Assembly (NCBI GenBank): GCA_965637545.1
Contig: OZ281499.1
Location: 7,006,001 to 7,070,000, forward strand
From: Phallusia mammillata
Taxonomy: Eukaryota
Direction: 5' to 3'
Length of the DNA stretch: 64,000 nucleotides
Part shown: positions 49,693 through 61,649 of the stretch, piece by piece
Numbering within the stretch: position 1 is the stretch's first letter
Layout of the letters: every line of letters starts with the position of its first letter
Position numbers and translations under genes: made by a program
The notes under the pieces: generated by a model
Databases searched by the model: none
Seen by the model: only the letters and a program-made list of their open reading frames with translations
Told to the model about the DNA's origin: nothing

Positions 49693-51764
49693 ACCTAAAC
49701 ACATGTTTTGTACAACTCATTTTATAAGGTTTTATGGTTTGCATCTTCAATTAACCATCCCAATATTACATATTCATTTTTCAATTACAGATTTAAAAAA
49801 AAATAAGAACCAGTGTCCTCATTACAAAGAAAAAAAAAAAAGAAAAAAAAGGGTACAATCAGCCTTAGGCACTTAACAATTACATTTTTATTCAGTGTTA
49901 ATACTGTACATGGTGTTTGTATTATGTACATTAGTGTTTCTGTCTATTACCCACCTCACATGGTAATTTAGAACAACTCAATCGTAAATTTGTTCAAAGT
50001 TTTTGTGTTTTATTTGTTTTCTCGATTCTTTCATTTCAATTTTATTCATGTAATGCTACACTGTCACTTTTTGTTTCTAATAAACACAAGTACATGCTGT
50101 TCAAACAATCATGTTATTGACCTGGAATCACTTCAGTATCAGGCAATATTGCCATGCAGATCATTACATTTATTGTGTTTGTGGAGGTTCCTCAATGGCA
50201 GTATTGCAGGCAGAGATTTGGGACACATTACAAAACGGACAAGTATTTTAAAACTAGAACAACTACATGACAATCTTATAAATTTAACACAAAATAACTA
50301 CTGTGATCAATAAAAACAATCTATCTTGACACGTTCATCTTATAGCTAGAGTGTTGAAAGAAAATATGGAGGGTGTAAACAACTTTGAGTCACTACCACA
50401 CGGACGGTTAGTACAATAACTTAAATGTTGTGTTTGCCCAAATTAGATTTCTTAAACTGTATTGCGCACACGGAAGTATATAATAAGGACTTGTTCTTCC
50501 AGCATCAGATACTTTTTACCGGAATTTTTGCAACTTATTTTAACTGGAAAATGTGTAAATCCTCGTGAATTGATGGCATCAATCCAATACAGTTATTCTT
50601 CGCAAACACCATTTCAAAATTAAATTAAAACCGACATTTGCGATTTTTCTTCGTTTGTACAAACTTTTACCAACAAAATACGTAGCCACAATTGATTTCC
50701 GACGTGACTGTGTGGCTTTGTCAACAACAATTTAGCGTTAGCGAGTGGTCTGAGGTCCTCGTTAGTTAGCGAGGAGTTTAGCGAGACGGGGGTTCGTAAT
50801 ACCAAATCTCAACTTAACGAGGTCGTGCGTCAATACCGAGCTCGCTAAACTTAGCGAGATGTGTTCGTAATGCCGCCCCAGGTCTGGTTTCAAAGGATTA
50901 GTAACTAGTGTTGCTCCTCATGTATCATTTACTCATTGTGTGATTCACCGCTTTGCTTTAGTCATGAAAATTCTCCCTTCTGGACTTCAAGAAGTGTTAC
51001 AATATGTAGTGAAAATTGTAAACCATATTTCTGATAATGCAACAACATCAAGGCTATTTGCAGCGTTCTGTGAAGAAGTGGGGGTCTGATTTTAAAGTTG
51101 TTTTGCTGCATACGGAGGTAAGGTGGTTATCTCGCGGTAAAGTGCTGAACCGTTTGCTCCAGCTGCGAGAAGAAGCTGCTATTTTTCTTGAAAACGAACG
51201 ATCTGCAAAAGGAGTAAATATGCACAACCAAATGAAAAGTAATGACTTTTTGCTGAAGGTGGCTTACTTGGGTGGTTTTTTCTTCGAAGTGAATTCCCTT
51301 AATCTAACTCTGCAAGGAGGTCGTCAATGGTTGCATACGACACACGACAAAGTAGCAGCTTTCAAATGCAAAGTGGAACTGTTTGAAAGATTGACAGAAA
51401 AAGGCGACACAAGTATGTTTCCTAATTTAACAATGCTATTGCAATCTGATCCAAATAAGAAATGCAACTTCACTGAAGATATATCTAGCCACCTGAATGC
51501 AATAAATATCGCGATTGATCGGTATTTTCCTGGAATTAAAGAACGACATATTTTTTTGTGGATTAGCAAGCCATTCTCTGTTGAAGAAAGCTGTCTGTGA
51601 TGATGATATTACGGCAAAATTGAGTTTCTTCGACTGCGTAAAGATTCAAGTCTTAAGATTGACTTTGCTGGGGTGAATATAGGAAATTTTTGGGCTGGCC
51701 TTCAAAATGAGTATTCCATCCAATCGAAAAGAGCTCTGAACTTTTTGATTCAATTTCCTTCAAC

Positions 51765-54471
51765 CAGTGTTTCATACCGGAACGGAACGAAACATAATAA
51801 CGTTATTCGTTCTGAGGAATTTATTTATTTCGTTATTTCGTTCTGGACCGATATTTTCATTTCGTTCCGGTCTGACCGAAATAAAATTATAACGGTATTT
51901 TTCGGTATTTCGGTCCTTGTGCTTTTTCTACCAAAAACAAACCGCACAAACACGGAGTGAAGGAGAGTGAAGTTGAATTTATTATTGCCACTAATATCAC
52001 ACATTATTTCGCAACAACATAATTGCTTCAATGATGTCCCCTTTCATGCGGTTGCGTTTGGCTTCCAGAATCAGTTTAAGCCCAGAAAATGATCTCTCTA
52101 CCGAAACCTGTGTAACTGGTAGCCCCGCTGCCACTTGTGCTACTGCTTTCATTATAGAAGAGCTGTTGTTCCAATACTGAAAAAGATCTTCCTTTTTGTC
52201 AACCCGCTTGGACTGTTCGTACACGTCGAGGGCGTCATTGAACTCGGTCGCCTTGGGAAGGTTTCCGTAAGTATTTTGCTCCAAATCTTTTGCTTTCAAC
52301 AACTTTTCAATTAGGTCATCTTCTGAATCAAATCCTCTATTCCCAGCTCTTTGGTATCCTTCCGGACTGTTTTGCTCACTGGAAGTGCTGGCGACTGGAC
52401 TCATTTCAAGTTGACTGTCGTCTGTAACTTTTTTTAGTTTTAACCACATCTCGTGCAGCTGTGCTCTTGCGACGCCCTTTTCGGAAGCTGAGAGAAGACA
52501 ACGGTACCTCGGATCAACATATACTGAAGCAAGTAGAGCTGCGTTGCCAAGCAAACACTTTTCCCTGCTTCTCAGATTGTTGGCAATACTTCTTGCAAGA
52601 GGATTATCATAATCAGATAATTGTGTCTTTAGTTTAATCCAGTGGGCATAGAACTCCCCTCCAGCAATATTTCGGGTTTGTAAAATCTTGGTTACGTCGA
52701 ACACCGGTTTCAATGCATCAACAATGCGACGTACATTGTTCCATTCCGATTCTGACAAGCAAAGTCCTGCAACAGGAACACCTTGCGTGTTTATTTCGTC
52801 AATTGTGTCTCGCAAGTCTAGGACACCACGAAACATCATGTATGTCGAGCCCCACCGTGTTTCAACATCAAGAACAGCCATTTTTTGCTTTCTGTGTCTG
52901 AGAGCCAAACGAACATTCGGTTTTCGGAGAATTTTAGCCACAGCCCTTACCTTAACAATCGTGTTGTTTGCAACAGAATCTTTCAAGGCGTCTAAAATAG
53001 CTAACTGTAGCGTATGCACAGCACATCTCACCGAAATTGGCCCACCTCTAGACGTATCTGTTTGTAACAAACACATTTCTATTTCTTGAAGCAATTGTCT
53101 GTCGGTTCCGGGACTTTGCCACTCACTGTCATCATTTTCTTCGTCACTGCTGTTCTGTTCATCTTCTTCAAGATCACGTAGCAAACAACCGCTTTTTTAT
53201 CATATTGTTGCCATTATCAGTGGTTAGTGTATAAACTTGCGACATGTGGACACCAAACAACGACAAAGTTTGAATTATAACCGGAACTAAATCAACTGCT
53301 CTGGCACGAGTTGTCATCTCTTGAACGGATAATGTTGCTAAAACAAGTTCACTCCCGTTGACAAACTGAACATTAATCCCCATAAAATGGCGTTCCATGC
53401 GCGTAGCCAAATCAATTTTCAAAGAAACCAGTTTACCTTTCATTTGCTCGGTTAAGTTTTCTCGTTTGTGTTGAGCTGCCTCGATCGTCAAATCTCTCAT
53501 CTTGTTGCGGCCAAGTGTGAGATCTGCTGACTTTAGAAGAGGGTTTAACATTTTTTTGACACCAGACGCTTCAAACACTGAAAGAGGGAGACCATTTTTG
53601 GTGACCGCTTCTATAGCATATTGCTTAATGTCTTCTGGACATGCTTGAAATTGGACATTTACAGATATTTTGTCGGCCTGCTGGCTGTTGTTTGGTTTAA
53701 AAAAGTTTTTTTGTTTGGCAAGTTTCTCAGCTTTCTTATTTGCGATGGCACTTTTTTTTCTTTGAAAGTCAATCCATTCATCAGTATGGACATTTTTTAT
53801 GTGTTTTAACATGTTTCCGCCATGAGCCATCCCTTCAAAAACAAATTCGCAATGCCTGCATTTTATTTCAACTTTCTGCTTCTTCTTTACTTCAGTAAAA
53901 AAATTCCACGCTTGGTTTGTTCTTTTTCGACCCATCCCTTAATCTAAAATATCCTGGCAATAATATAAAAACGAAAATCGTAACATGTATCACTGTTATG
54001 TTACCAATCATAACCCGCACTTATTCCACTACTTAAACCTACAAAAGTCTTCTAAAGACAGTTCCACACACAGGCTAAAATATCTAATGACGTTAAATAT
54101 CAATGCTCATTGCTTACCAACACTAAAATAAGTCAACCAAACGGAGTATAAGCTAGTTGCAACAAACAAAGATGGTTGTCTGGTGGTTATTACGTCACAT
54201 AACATGTATGACAAAAGAGATGTCATAGTGATTTGACTGTGATTGTATTAAAACAAATAAAAACGATGATTTTTAATTGATGAACGAAGCATTTGAAGCA
54301 ACTATCCTGGATTTTTTTAGAACGAAATACCGAAATAAAAAATAACGGTATTTCGTTCCGTTCCGGTATTTTGAATATTTTTTATTTCGGTATTTCGTTC
54401 CGGTATTTGGACCAAAAAATATTTATTTCGTTCCGGTATAACGTTCCGTTCCGTTCCGGTATGAAACACTG
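51765..54471 (-). mobile_element. hAT (Ac/hobo-type) transposon, near intact
   Basis: TIRs CAGTGTTTCATACCGGAACGGAACG. TSD CCTTCAAC. Subterminal TTTCGTTCCG arrays. Confidence 0.96.
51997..53935 (-). pseudogene. hAT transposase with BED finger and one frameshift (~53180)
   Basis: W.FF...CRHC...MLKHIKNVH, TTDNGNNM, RCAVHTLQL, TRWGS and TQVSVERSFS. Confidence 0.93.
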
Positions 54472-54499
54472 CCTTCAACTTATTACTGTGATGTGGGAT

Positions 54500-54757
54500 T
54501 TGTCACCATCATGTCACTTCTCCATGCTTTCGGAGCTTGGTGCTTGTCTTGATCCCAGTAATTTATTGGCTTACTTTCCACACCCGTCACATAATGAGGA
54601 AAAGATACACATCATGCTTGATGTTTGCCATATGCTGAAGCTTGTCCGTAATACAATTGCTGACTGGAATGTTTTTGTTGACCTGAAAGGACAAAAAATT
54701 AAATGGCAGTATATTGTTGAGTTGCATAAGTTGCAAGACAGAGAAGGTCTACGGCTG
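54500..54757 (+). pseudogene. P-element/THAP9-type transposase fragment
   Basis: YFPHPS...IMLDVCHMLKLVRNT...IKWQYIVELHKLQDREGLRL. Confidence 0.8.
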
Positions 54758-55049
54758 GTCCACAATTTCGTGCTCTCGTTGAAGACAAGCAACAACAACC
54801 TTCTCATTAAAAAAAGTTTCGCTCTGGGTTTAACTGTTGTACGTGCTAGTGTTTCGCCCATCACTATGTTGATTAAAACCGAATTTCGACATTTGCAATG
54901 TGTTTCTTGCAAGGGGGTCCATAGCCCTTTAAAGTATGTTTTAGGGGTTCGTGATCCAAAAAAGGTTAAGAAACACTGCCGTAACCTCATATTAACAACA
55001 GCAAATGCATATATTGGAATGGTAAAGCATTACCATGAAAAAAATACTC

Positions 55050-55300
55050 ACTTGAAATTGAGGAAACCTTAGTATTTCTTGCATTAGTATTTTTGCTTTG
55101 CAGTTACACGTTTTTGTACCTTGAATACACGCAGGATTTGGATGGTCAAGCAACTGTACATGACAAAAAATACTATTTTTGTCTTCCGATTCAATGAGTA
55201 ACACACAAGCATACCTGTTGGGGAATGCATGGTTTGCGTTTTTAATTTTGTTACTTATTTTGATCTTTTGCATGTTGGCACTCCAGCCACACACTTTACC
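55050..55300 (-). pseudogene. N-terminal fragment of another CaRF-like MULE
   Basis: QGTKTCNCKAKILMQEILRFPQF. Confidence 0.45.
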
Positions 55301-56039
55301 ACGTTTTGAGATATCTTTGTCAACATAACATCATCAGCAATAAATATACATGTACACACATAAATATGCGACAGTCGGTTTTTACAAAATAGTATACAAT
55401 GGCAATGTTCCACATACCAAACGACTTCTCCTCAACTGCCCTTTCGGCTTGTTTAAACGTAGAAAACCACTGAAATGTATTAGAATAAGAGTTTATTAAA
55501 CCACATAAAAAAGTATAGGACAAACAAAACCTTTAAATTTGTTTCATCTACTTTGTTGGTTTGCTTGCATTTTTTTTTCTAGGCAATGTCTCCGTTAATT
55601 GTTACAAATATAATAAAATGTCTTTAGGGGAGCTGGAAAATATTTAATGTAAGAAGGACATGTTTCGTTCGTAACAACTTCACACAAGGAAAACTTAGTA
55701 TATTTAAGTAAAATGCTGTTTGTTGAGACAGCTGCTTTCCAGTTGAAAGTGCTTTTGTGATGTGTTTGCCTATTACCCACCGTCTAAACTGTGCCTTGTT
55801 CTACATATGAAGCAGAAAATTGTTTTAGCTTAATTTCACTAAAGCTTAATTTCCCTAAGCTACACTAAATTAAATTCAGCTTAATTTCACTACACACCAC
55901 ACTTAATTAAACTTATTACACACCACACCTAATTAAACTAGTTGCAAACGTGACGCAAACGCCTTTTTGGCGCGAATGCTCTGTTGCGCCACCTACCGGA
56001 AATTAGATTGAGATTTTCGTCATGGTCTTAGTAGCTCTA

Positions 56040-56695
56040 CTCAGAACTTAGGTTGCGGTGCGTTTGAACAAAAACAAAATAGCGGGCCTGTGGGCTGGTG
56101 GTGGTAAAGAAGGTTCCGGCTGACTGCGCACCAACCACTACAGGACCGTAGGTTCAGATGAAGCAAAGAAAGAGAAGGAAAAGTTTACTTAAGATAATAA
56201 TCAAAGAAAGCTCTGATGTGGGATGAGCGCCGAGCCGTGGTCACTGGGGCAGAGTCCAAAACGAACGCACGTGGGTTGTGACGTACGTGACCTGTCAAGA
56301 TATTGTTAGGAAACTAAGGACTGTGACGTTTGTCACGTGACCAGTTCAGGGAGGAAGGTTAAAGACACTGTGACGCTGGGTCACGTGACTACACTTAGCC
56401 AATTACTGGGAGACTTTAAACCCAAGTGTGATGGCGTGTCACGTTATGAGGTAAACCAATAGCCGAGTATCCAAAGAGAGAGAAACAATAGAATAAGGAA
56501 CCAAGGTATCCCAAGTATTGGTGATCGAAAAAAAAGGGAAAAAAGGCCAAGACAAAACTGGCGACTGTCTCTCGTTAGTTGTTAGCTGCGCTTCTCAAGA
56601 CGGGAGTGTTTAAGAATTCTGCAGTTATTGAAGTAAAAACAAGGCCCCGACCGGGCCTGCACTTACTTTCAGGAAATCTTCGTAGCCTGCCGCTC
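56040..56695 (-). repeat. Diverged homolog of the non-coding region upstream of the Penelope ORF
   Basis: 56043-56160 matches the reverse complement of 38265-38382. 56560-56692 matches 24475-24605. Both share the GTCACGTGAC motifs. Confidence 0.75.
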
Positions 56696-56699
56696 GTCA

Positions 56700-58365
56700 T
56701 TGTTAAAGAAACGTTTAATTCCCTTTTGATTGAATTGCGCTCGGGTCCAGTTGTAGTCTGGAATGTCGGTTGGGGTTGTATCTATTTCTATAGTTTTGAT
56801 AAGCTCGTAGTAAAAGTGTCGCAATTTGGTCTTTTTCCAATTAAAGTCGTTGTTTTGTTCGATTAAGTTTAAATAAAGCGTTGGGACGCGAGTTATTATA
56901 CAGTTCGGGTTTAATTTTTTTCAATTTGGTTCCGAGGTTATAATAACCCCAGATTCGCCATAATTCGTCGGTATTTTGAGGATTTAAAAGAACGCGTAAT
57001 TTTTCTAGATATAATGAGTGTAGTTTAGTGTCAAGATCCGGGAATTTAAGACCGCCTTTATTTCGTTGCGCTATTAATTTATTTCTATTTAGCTGTTCAA
57101 AGGATTTGAGTGCCAAAAAAATTTGTACGTGACTTTTCGAATTTCTTTAATGTGGTTCGGGTGTGGGTTTACAACTCGCGCGATAAAGAATATTTTTGGA
57201 TATATTAGTGTATTTATAATAGTTATCAGTCCAATCACTGATAATTTGCGTGCCGAAAAGGTGGATACAATGTGGTTAGTTTGTCTGATTACAGGCTTCC
57301 AATTTTCTTGGCAGTCGAAATTATTTATTTTACAATGAATTCCTAGTATTTTTGCCGAAGTTTTACTGTAGTCTGGATAAGGGAAGTTTAGTTCCTGTCG
57401 TAATTGTGGTGATATAGCGATTATTTCCGTTTTGTTTTGGTTATTTTTTTTTTTCCGGTTGCATCTTGGTATGTGCGCATTATTTTAAAAATTTCTGCAA
57501 CGGACTGTTTATTCGAAATTAAAAATGTGGTGTCATCAGCAGCATGTTGCTGTAATTTTGTTTCCGTTGTACTGAATTTGATTCCGTTTATTGCGGTGTT
57601 TTGGTTTGTAGCACATATTAAAGTATCTGCAAGAGCCACGTAGAGGAGCATGGATAAACCACACCCCTGGTACGAGCTGTCGTGCCAAATATATATATTA
57701 GGCTATGTACTAATTCGATAAAATTGTGATTAAGATTTTTCCAAAAGGGTAAATAGAATTCCACGGAAGCCCGTCATTGTCAGGTGAAGAGTTTTTATTT
57801 ATTAATTTTTTGGATATTTCAATTTCTTTTAGCATGATTGGGGACTTTATAGGTTGAGTTGGGTAGGGTTCAATTTTTGACAAGAAAAAGTCTTGCGCTA
57901 AAACGTTTGTATTATTTATAGTTTGCCATAGGTTCGCATAGAAACGATGTACTTCTCGTATAATTTTATCTTCGTCGTTCGTAATTTGGTCGTTTATTTT
58001 TAAAGCCCTTCTGCTGTTTTTTCTTGTTGCACGGATTTTGGCGCCTTTGATGATTTTTTCGTTATTTGTTTTAGTTTGTTTTTGGAGTTCTAATAGTTGA
58101 AGATTTGTGTCCGGGTCGTTTACGTTTAATTGGTCCATCAACGCTTCAAATTGGTTTTGTATTTTTTCCGCTTCTAGTTTCTCAGTTTTCTTTAAATTAA
58201 TTGCGAAGGAAATTGACGCTTTCCTAATTTTCCTTTTTAACGTGTCCCACCAGTCGAAAATGTTTGCGTAGAATTCTTTTTCTTCCTCAAACGTGGCAAT
58301 TAAGTTATTTATTAAAGTTGTATAGTCAGGGTTGTCCAAAAGCGATAGATTTAATTTCCGCAAAG
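56700..58365 (-). mobile_element. L1/Tx1-type LINE ORF2 remnant
   Basis: KLNLSLL...WWDTLKRKI, SSPDNDGLP, ADDTTF and KGGLKFPDL. Confidence 0.85.
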
Positions 58366-58379
58366 GTTTTGCCCAGCGT

Positions 58380-61300
58380 TTTTCTTTATCGAAATTTAGC
58401 GGAGAATGAAGCTGAGACGTGGCAGATCAAACCGCTTGAGGGTGAACAGCTTCTGGTGTCGAGCAAGGTTGCTCTTAAAGGGCCGTTCTATTCGTTCGAC
58501 TGTCAGAGTAAGGGTGTTGTTAAACCTCACGTCCGGGAGGTATCCTTGTCGAATGCCCAGGTATTTGTAGAATTCCTCAAACGCGATCACCTTTACCTCA
58601 CCGCTCGAAAGCAGGAAATGTTCCGCGTCACGCACCCGACGTCTGCTACGCGTCACCTGGGACATCACTCGACACTTCTTGGGATTAAAGTGGATACCTG
58701 CCCAGTCGGCAATTTTTTCACACACTTTCAGCTGCTCGCATATCAACTGCGCTCTTGAGCCGCAACTGTAAAGCGATTTTACACAACCGACTGATACTTC
58801 CGAAACGAGATTGGACACAATCCCGGAAAGAGGACACAGCCTTGGCGGACCTCTTCCCATCGGTATCTCGCCGGTCTAACCGACGGGCGTTCTAACAGCA
58901 CAAGTGTTACCGACGTAGACATCCGAGATGCATTCCCTCAAGTACTCGGGTCCATGGCTTGCCTGACTCTGCGGACACAATCATGCCGAATACTACCGAA
59001 GGCATTTTTAAAGTCCAGTCACGCTACAAAGAGATCTTTGCGGTGTAGCTTCGCATCGGCCAGCACAGCATCTAACATGAACACATGTACGAACGTGCCC
59101 TCGACAAGCCCTTTTGCTCAGCAGAGACGACGCAACACACCGCCCAACTCTGCAGTCGACGAGCCAATACCGCCGAATAGAGTTGGACAAATCGTCGAGA
59201 ACCCCTCCGGATTTTTGCAAATCAGAGTGACCCGCGACGATCGCCACTGTCTTGGAACCCGGCGGCTCGTCCTACAGGTCTCGAAAAGCCTCGAGAGTCT
59301 AAGACCCTTTGGATCGAATGCTTTCCAAAACCCATACGACAAGCCGTCAGAGCCAGCAACGACCTCGCTGGGCGATATTGGCCGGTCGTCCACATACATC
59401 ATCAAGCGCCGAACGCCGGACAACCAAGCTCCGGGACATATCCAATCAAGCAGGGTCGTGTCCCCGTGGACTGGAGGCTTGAGGTCATCACGAAATTTAG
59501 CCTCCACAATTGGAGGGTCAATCCCGCAACTAACCGGCCGCATCGGCTCCTCTCGAGACTTCTCCCGGGTTTCGCGCAAGATGGAATCAGCGCTATACAT
59601 GCGGTAATCGGTTCACAGAGGTTTGCCTCCGCAGTTCGGCTGTCGACACTTCTTCTCTACGTCCGATCGTAGTCGGGCTAATGCCAAACAGCTTCGCCTG
59701 TTCCGACGACACAACGGGCGGAGAAAGCTCCGACGCCACCTGAGATCGCTCGTTCCGCCGATCAGCCGGCGGCTCCTCTGCACAGCGGCCTGATGGACGG
59801 CCGACGCATGGCGAAACCCCCACGTTAGCACTCACGCATGGGTCTAAGAATGAAGCCAGAAGAGCGGAGGGGAGGTTAGGTGGAAGAACAAATGGAACCG
59901 CCGTCTTCCTTCTGATCCCGGTGGAAACTGGTGTTCTAAGCCAGCTTTGGAGTGGGGACGGTGGGACAGTTGGCGGGGAATTATCCCCGACGGGTAGAGA
60001 CGTAAGTTAAAAGGTGAACCGCAGGCCCGAATCAGTCAGCACCGACATATTGTGGATTGCTATAGGGCAGTGGTTCCCAAACTTTTTTCTTTTAAGGCGC
60101 ATTTTAGAAAAAAACAAAAATTATTTGGCGCACTTCGAACATTTGAATAAAAATATATTTGAATTTTTTTATTTCAGTTTAAAATGGCACAGCAAATTAG
60201 CTGACAAAGGCACTAACTATGAGGTCATAAAGCCGCTATACAGGTCAACCTCATAGTTAAATAGCCTAGTTGAACATCTCAAAAACGTGGACGTGGAGCA
60301 TGTTGGCCTAGTGGTCCTCTACTTGATTGATTTTAATTTCAATATTTTTTGCGGCACACCTAATGACATCTCGCGGCACACCAGTGTGCCGCGGCGCATA
60401 GTTTGGGAACCACTGCTATAGGGGATAGAACTACAGGGGGAGGGGGAATCCGTACAGCATGGGAGATTTAACTTTATGTATTGGAGAAAGGACGGGAAGG
60501 AGCGGACCTCCATCGCACACCTCCGAGTCATCTAAGGACAAAGATGCGAGGTCTGCGAGAAGGCCGCTCTCGGAATTAGGGGTTAAGACCGACGAAAAGT
60601 TGAATACCATCGACGGAATACGGGGAGAGCAGACGGTGCTTTCTTCATCTGCGCCTAGCGAGGAAGTGCTGCGGGGAGGATATCTTCGGAATCGGCTCGC
60701 TCGCTGTGCTAGAACAGGTCTTATAGTGCGCCGAGACTCTAAGAAGACTTTTCGTGGATTCGTCCACGACGCACTTGCACTTGCCACATGGTGTTTTATG
60801 GAGATTATACTTCGGGAGTGGCAAGTGATGAGATGATTTTTGACAACGGACAATTAAACACGGTAGAGTCTCCGCAGTACAAAATAGGTACTTTTAGGGG
60901 ATGGGCTTCCCGTGCTGCAGGAGGGCATATTGCCACACTCCATCGCTAAAAATCCTTTAGGTGGAACTGTCGGACCACCTGGATGCTGCGTGTTGTAATA
61001 AGTTCTGGCAGAAACAAGGGACTACCAACGCCTATAACACAACGGACAGTGGAAATCGCCGCTAGACACGTTCGGGACAGGGGCGGAAGGGGCAGCGCAA
61101 CTCCGATAATGATCTCTGATTTTATTTAGGGTTATTTGGTTGTTTAGAGTGTGACCGCATTTATTGCAGGTCACAGACATGCCACCCAGCGCTAAACCGC
61201 GCACCTTGGTGATGTGACGGTTTACGCTAGAAAGCAGACCGGAGCACATACCGCACCCTTCCACCCTGCATTCGAAGCGTGTTTCGCGAGGGCCGCAGAA

Positions 61301-61480
61301 ACTCGCCGCCAGGGCAGGCGCGATAGGGGGACATCTGACATCCTGCGATTCCGTGCGTGCGTTGCGTCGAGACCTCCGCAATTGCAGTTGCGTCGACATA
61401 TGTACGGAAAATAAGAACAAACATGGTTAAAATTTGGGTTCAAGGTTACTATTTGTATGTGGTTGGTGGAAGTGTAGAGT
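58380..61480 (-). mobile_element. Second, more degraded R2/NeSL-type element
   Basis: Clearly similar to 19605-22450 (e.g. SESGLLADLASLSLD, GSDGLSYGFWK). Adds later RT motifs GIHFNPKKC and YKYLGI. Confidence 0.88.
60068..60415. mobile_element. hAT-type MITE
   Basis: TIRs CAGTGGTTCCCAAACT / AGTTTGGGAACCACTG. TSD CTATAGGG. Confidence 0.95.
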
Positions 61481-61649
61481 CGATGTTGCGTGAATTTTAT
61501 TTTTATTCTTTCTTGGTATTTGTTGGTAATTGCTAAAAACTTGTCTAAAACAGTTTAAAAAAGGTAAAACACTACAATGCAGTGGCGGGTATTTAGTTTA
61601 AAAGAAACACAAACGGTGATTTACGATTTTAAACTGTATCCGTAGAGGG

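Larger units (their letters stand above)
48058..50878. mobile_element. Non-autonomous PIF/Harbinger-like element
   Basis: TIRs GGGCGGCATTA / TAATGCCGCCC and 3-bp TSD CAG. Removing it restores the hAT frame MIGSRSGFKGLV. Confidence 0.88.
44803..54500 (+). mobile_element. Buster/ZBED-type hAT element fragmented by three insertions
   Basis: Left TIR CAGTGGTTCTTAACC. Transposase pieces 47391-48057 (MKPSKLKQHL, LDESTD, CTDGAPSM), 50882-51764 (HCVIH, EVRWLSRG) and 54480-54500 (TYYCDVG) rejoin across the TSDs. Confidence 0.88.

Noticed and set aside
55800-55940. Short AGCTTAATTTCACT-type tandem repeats
   Set aside because: A small degenerate minisatellite with no assignable function.
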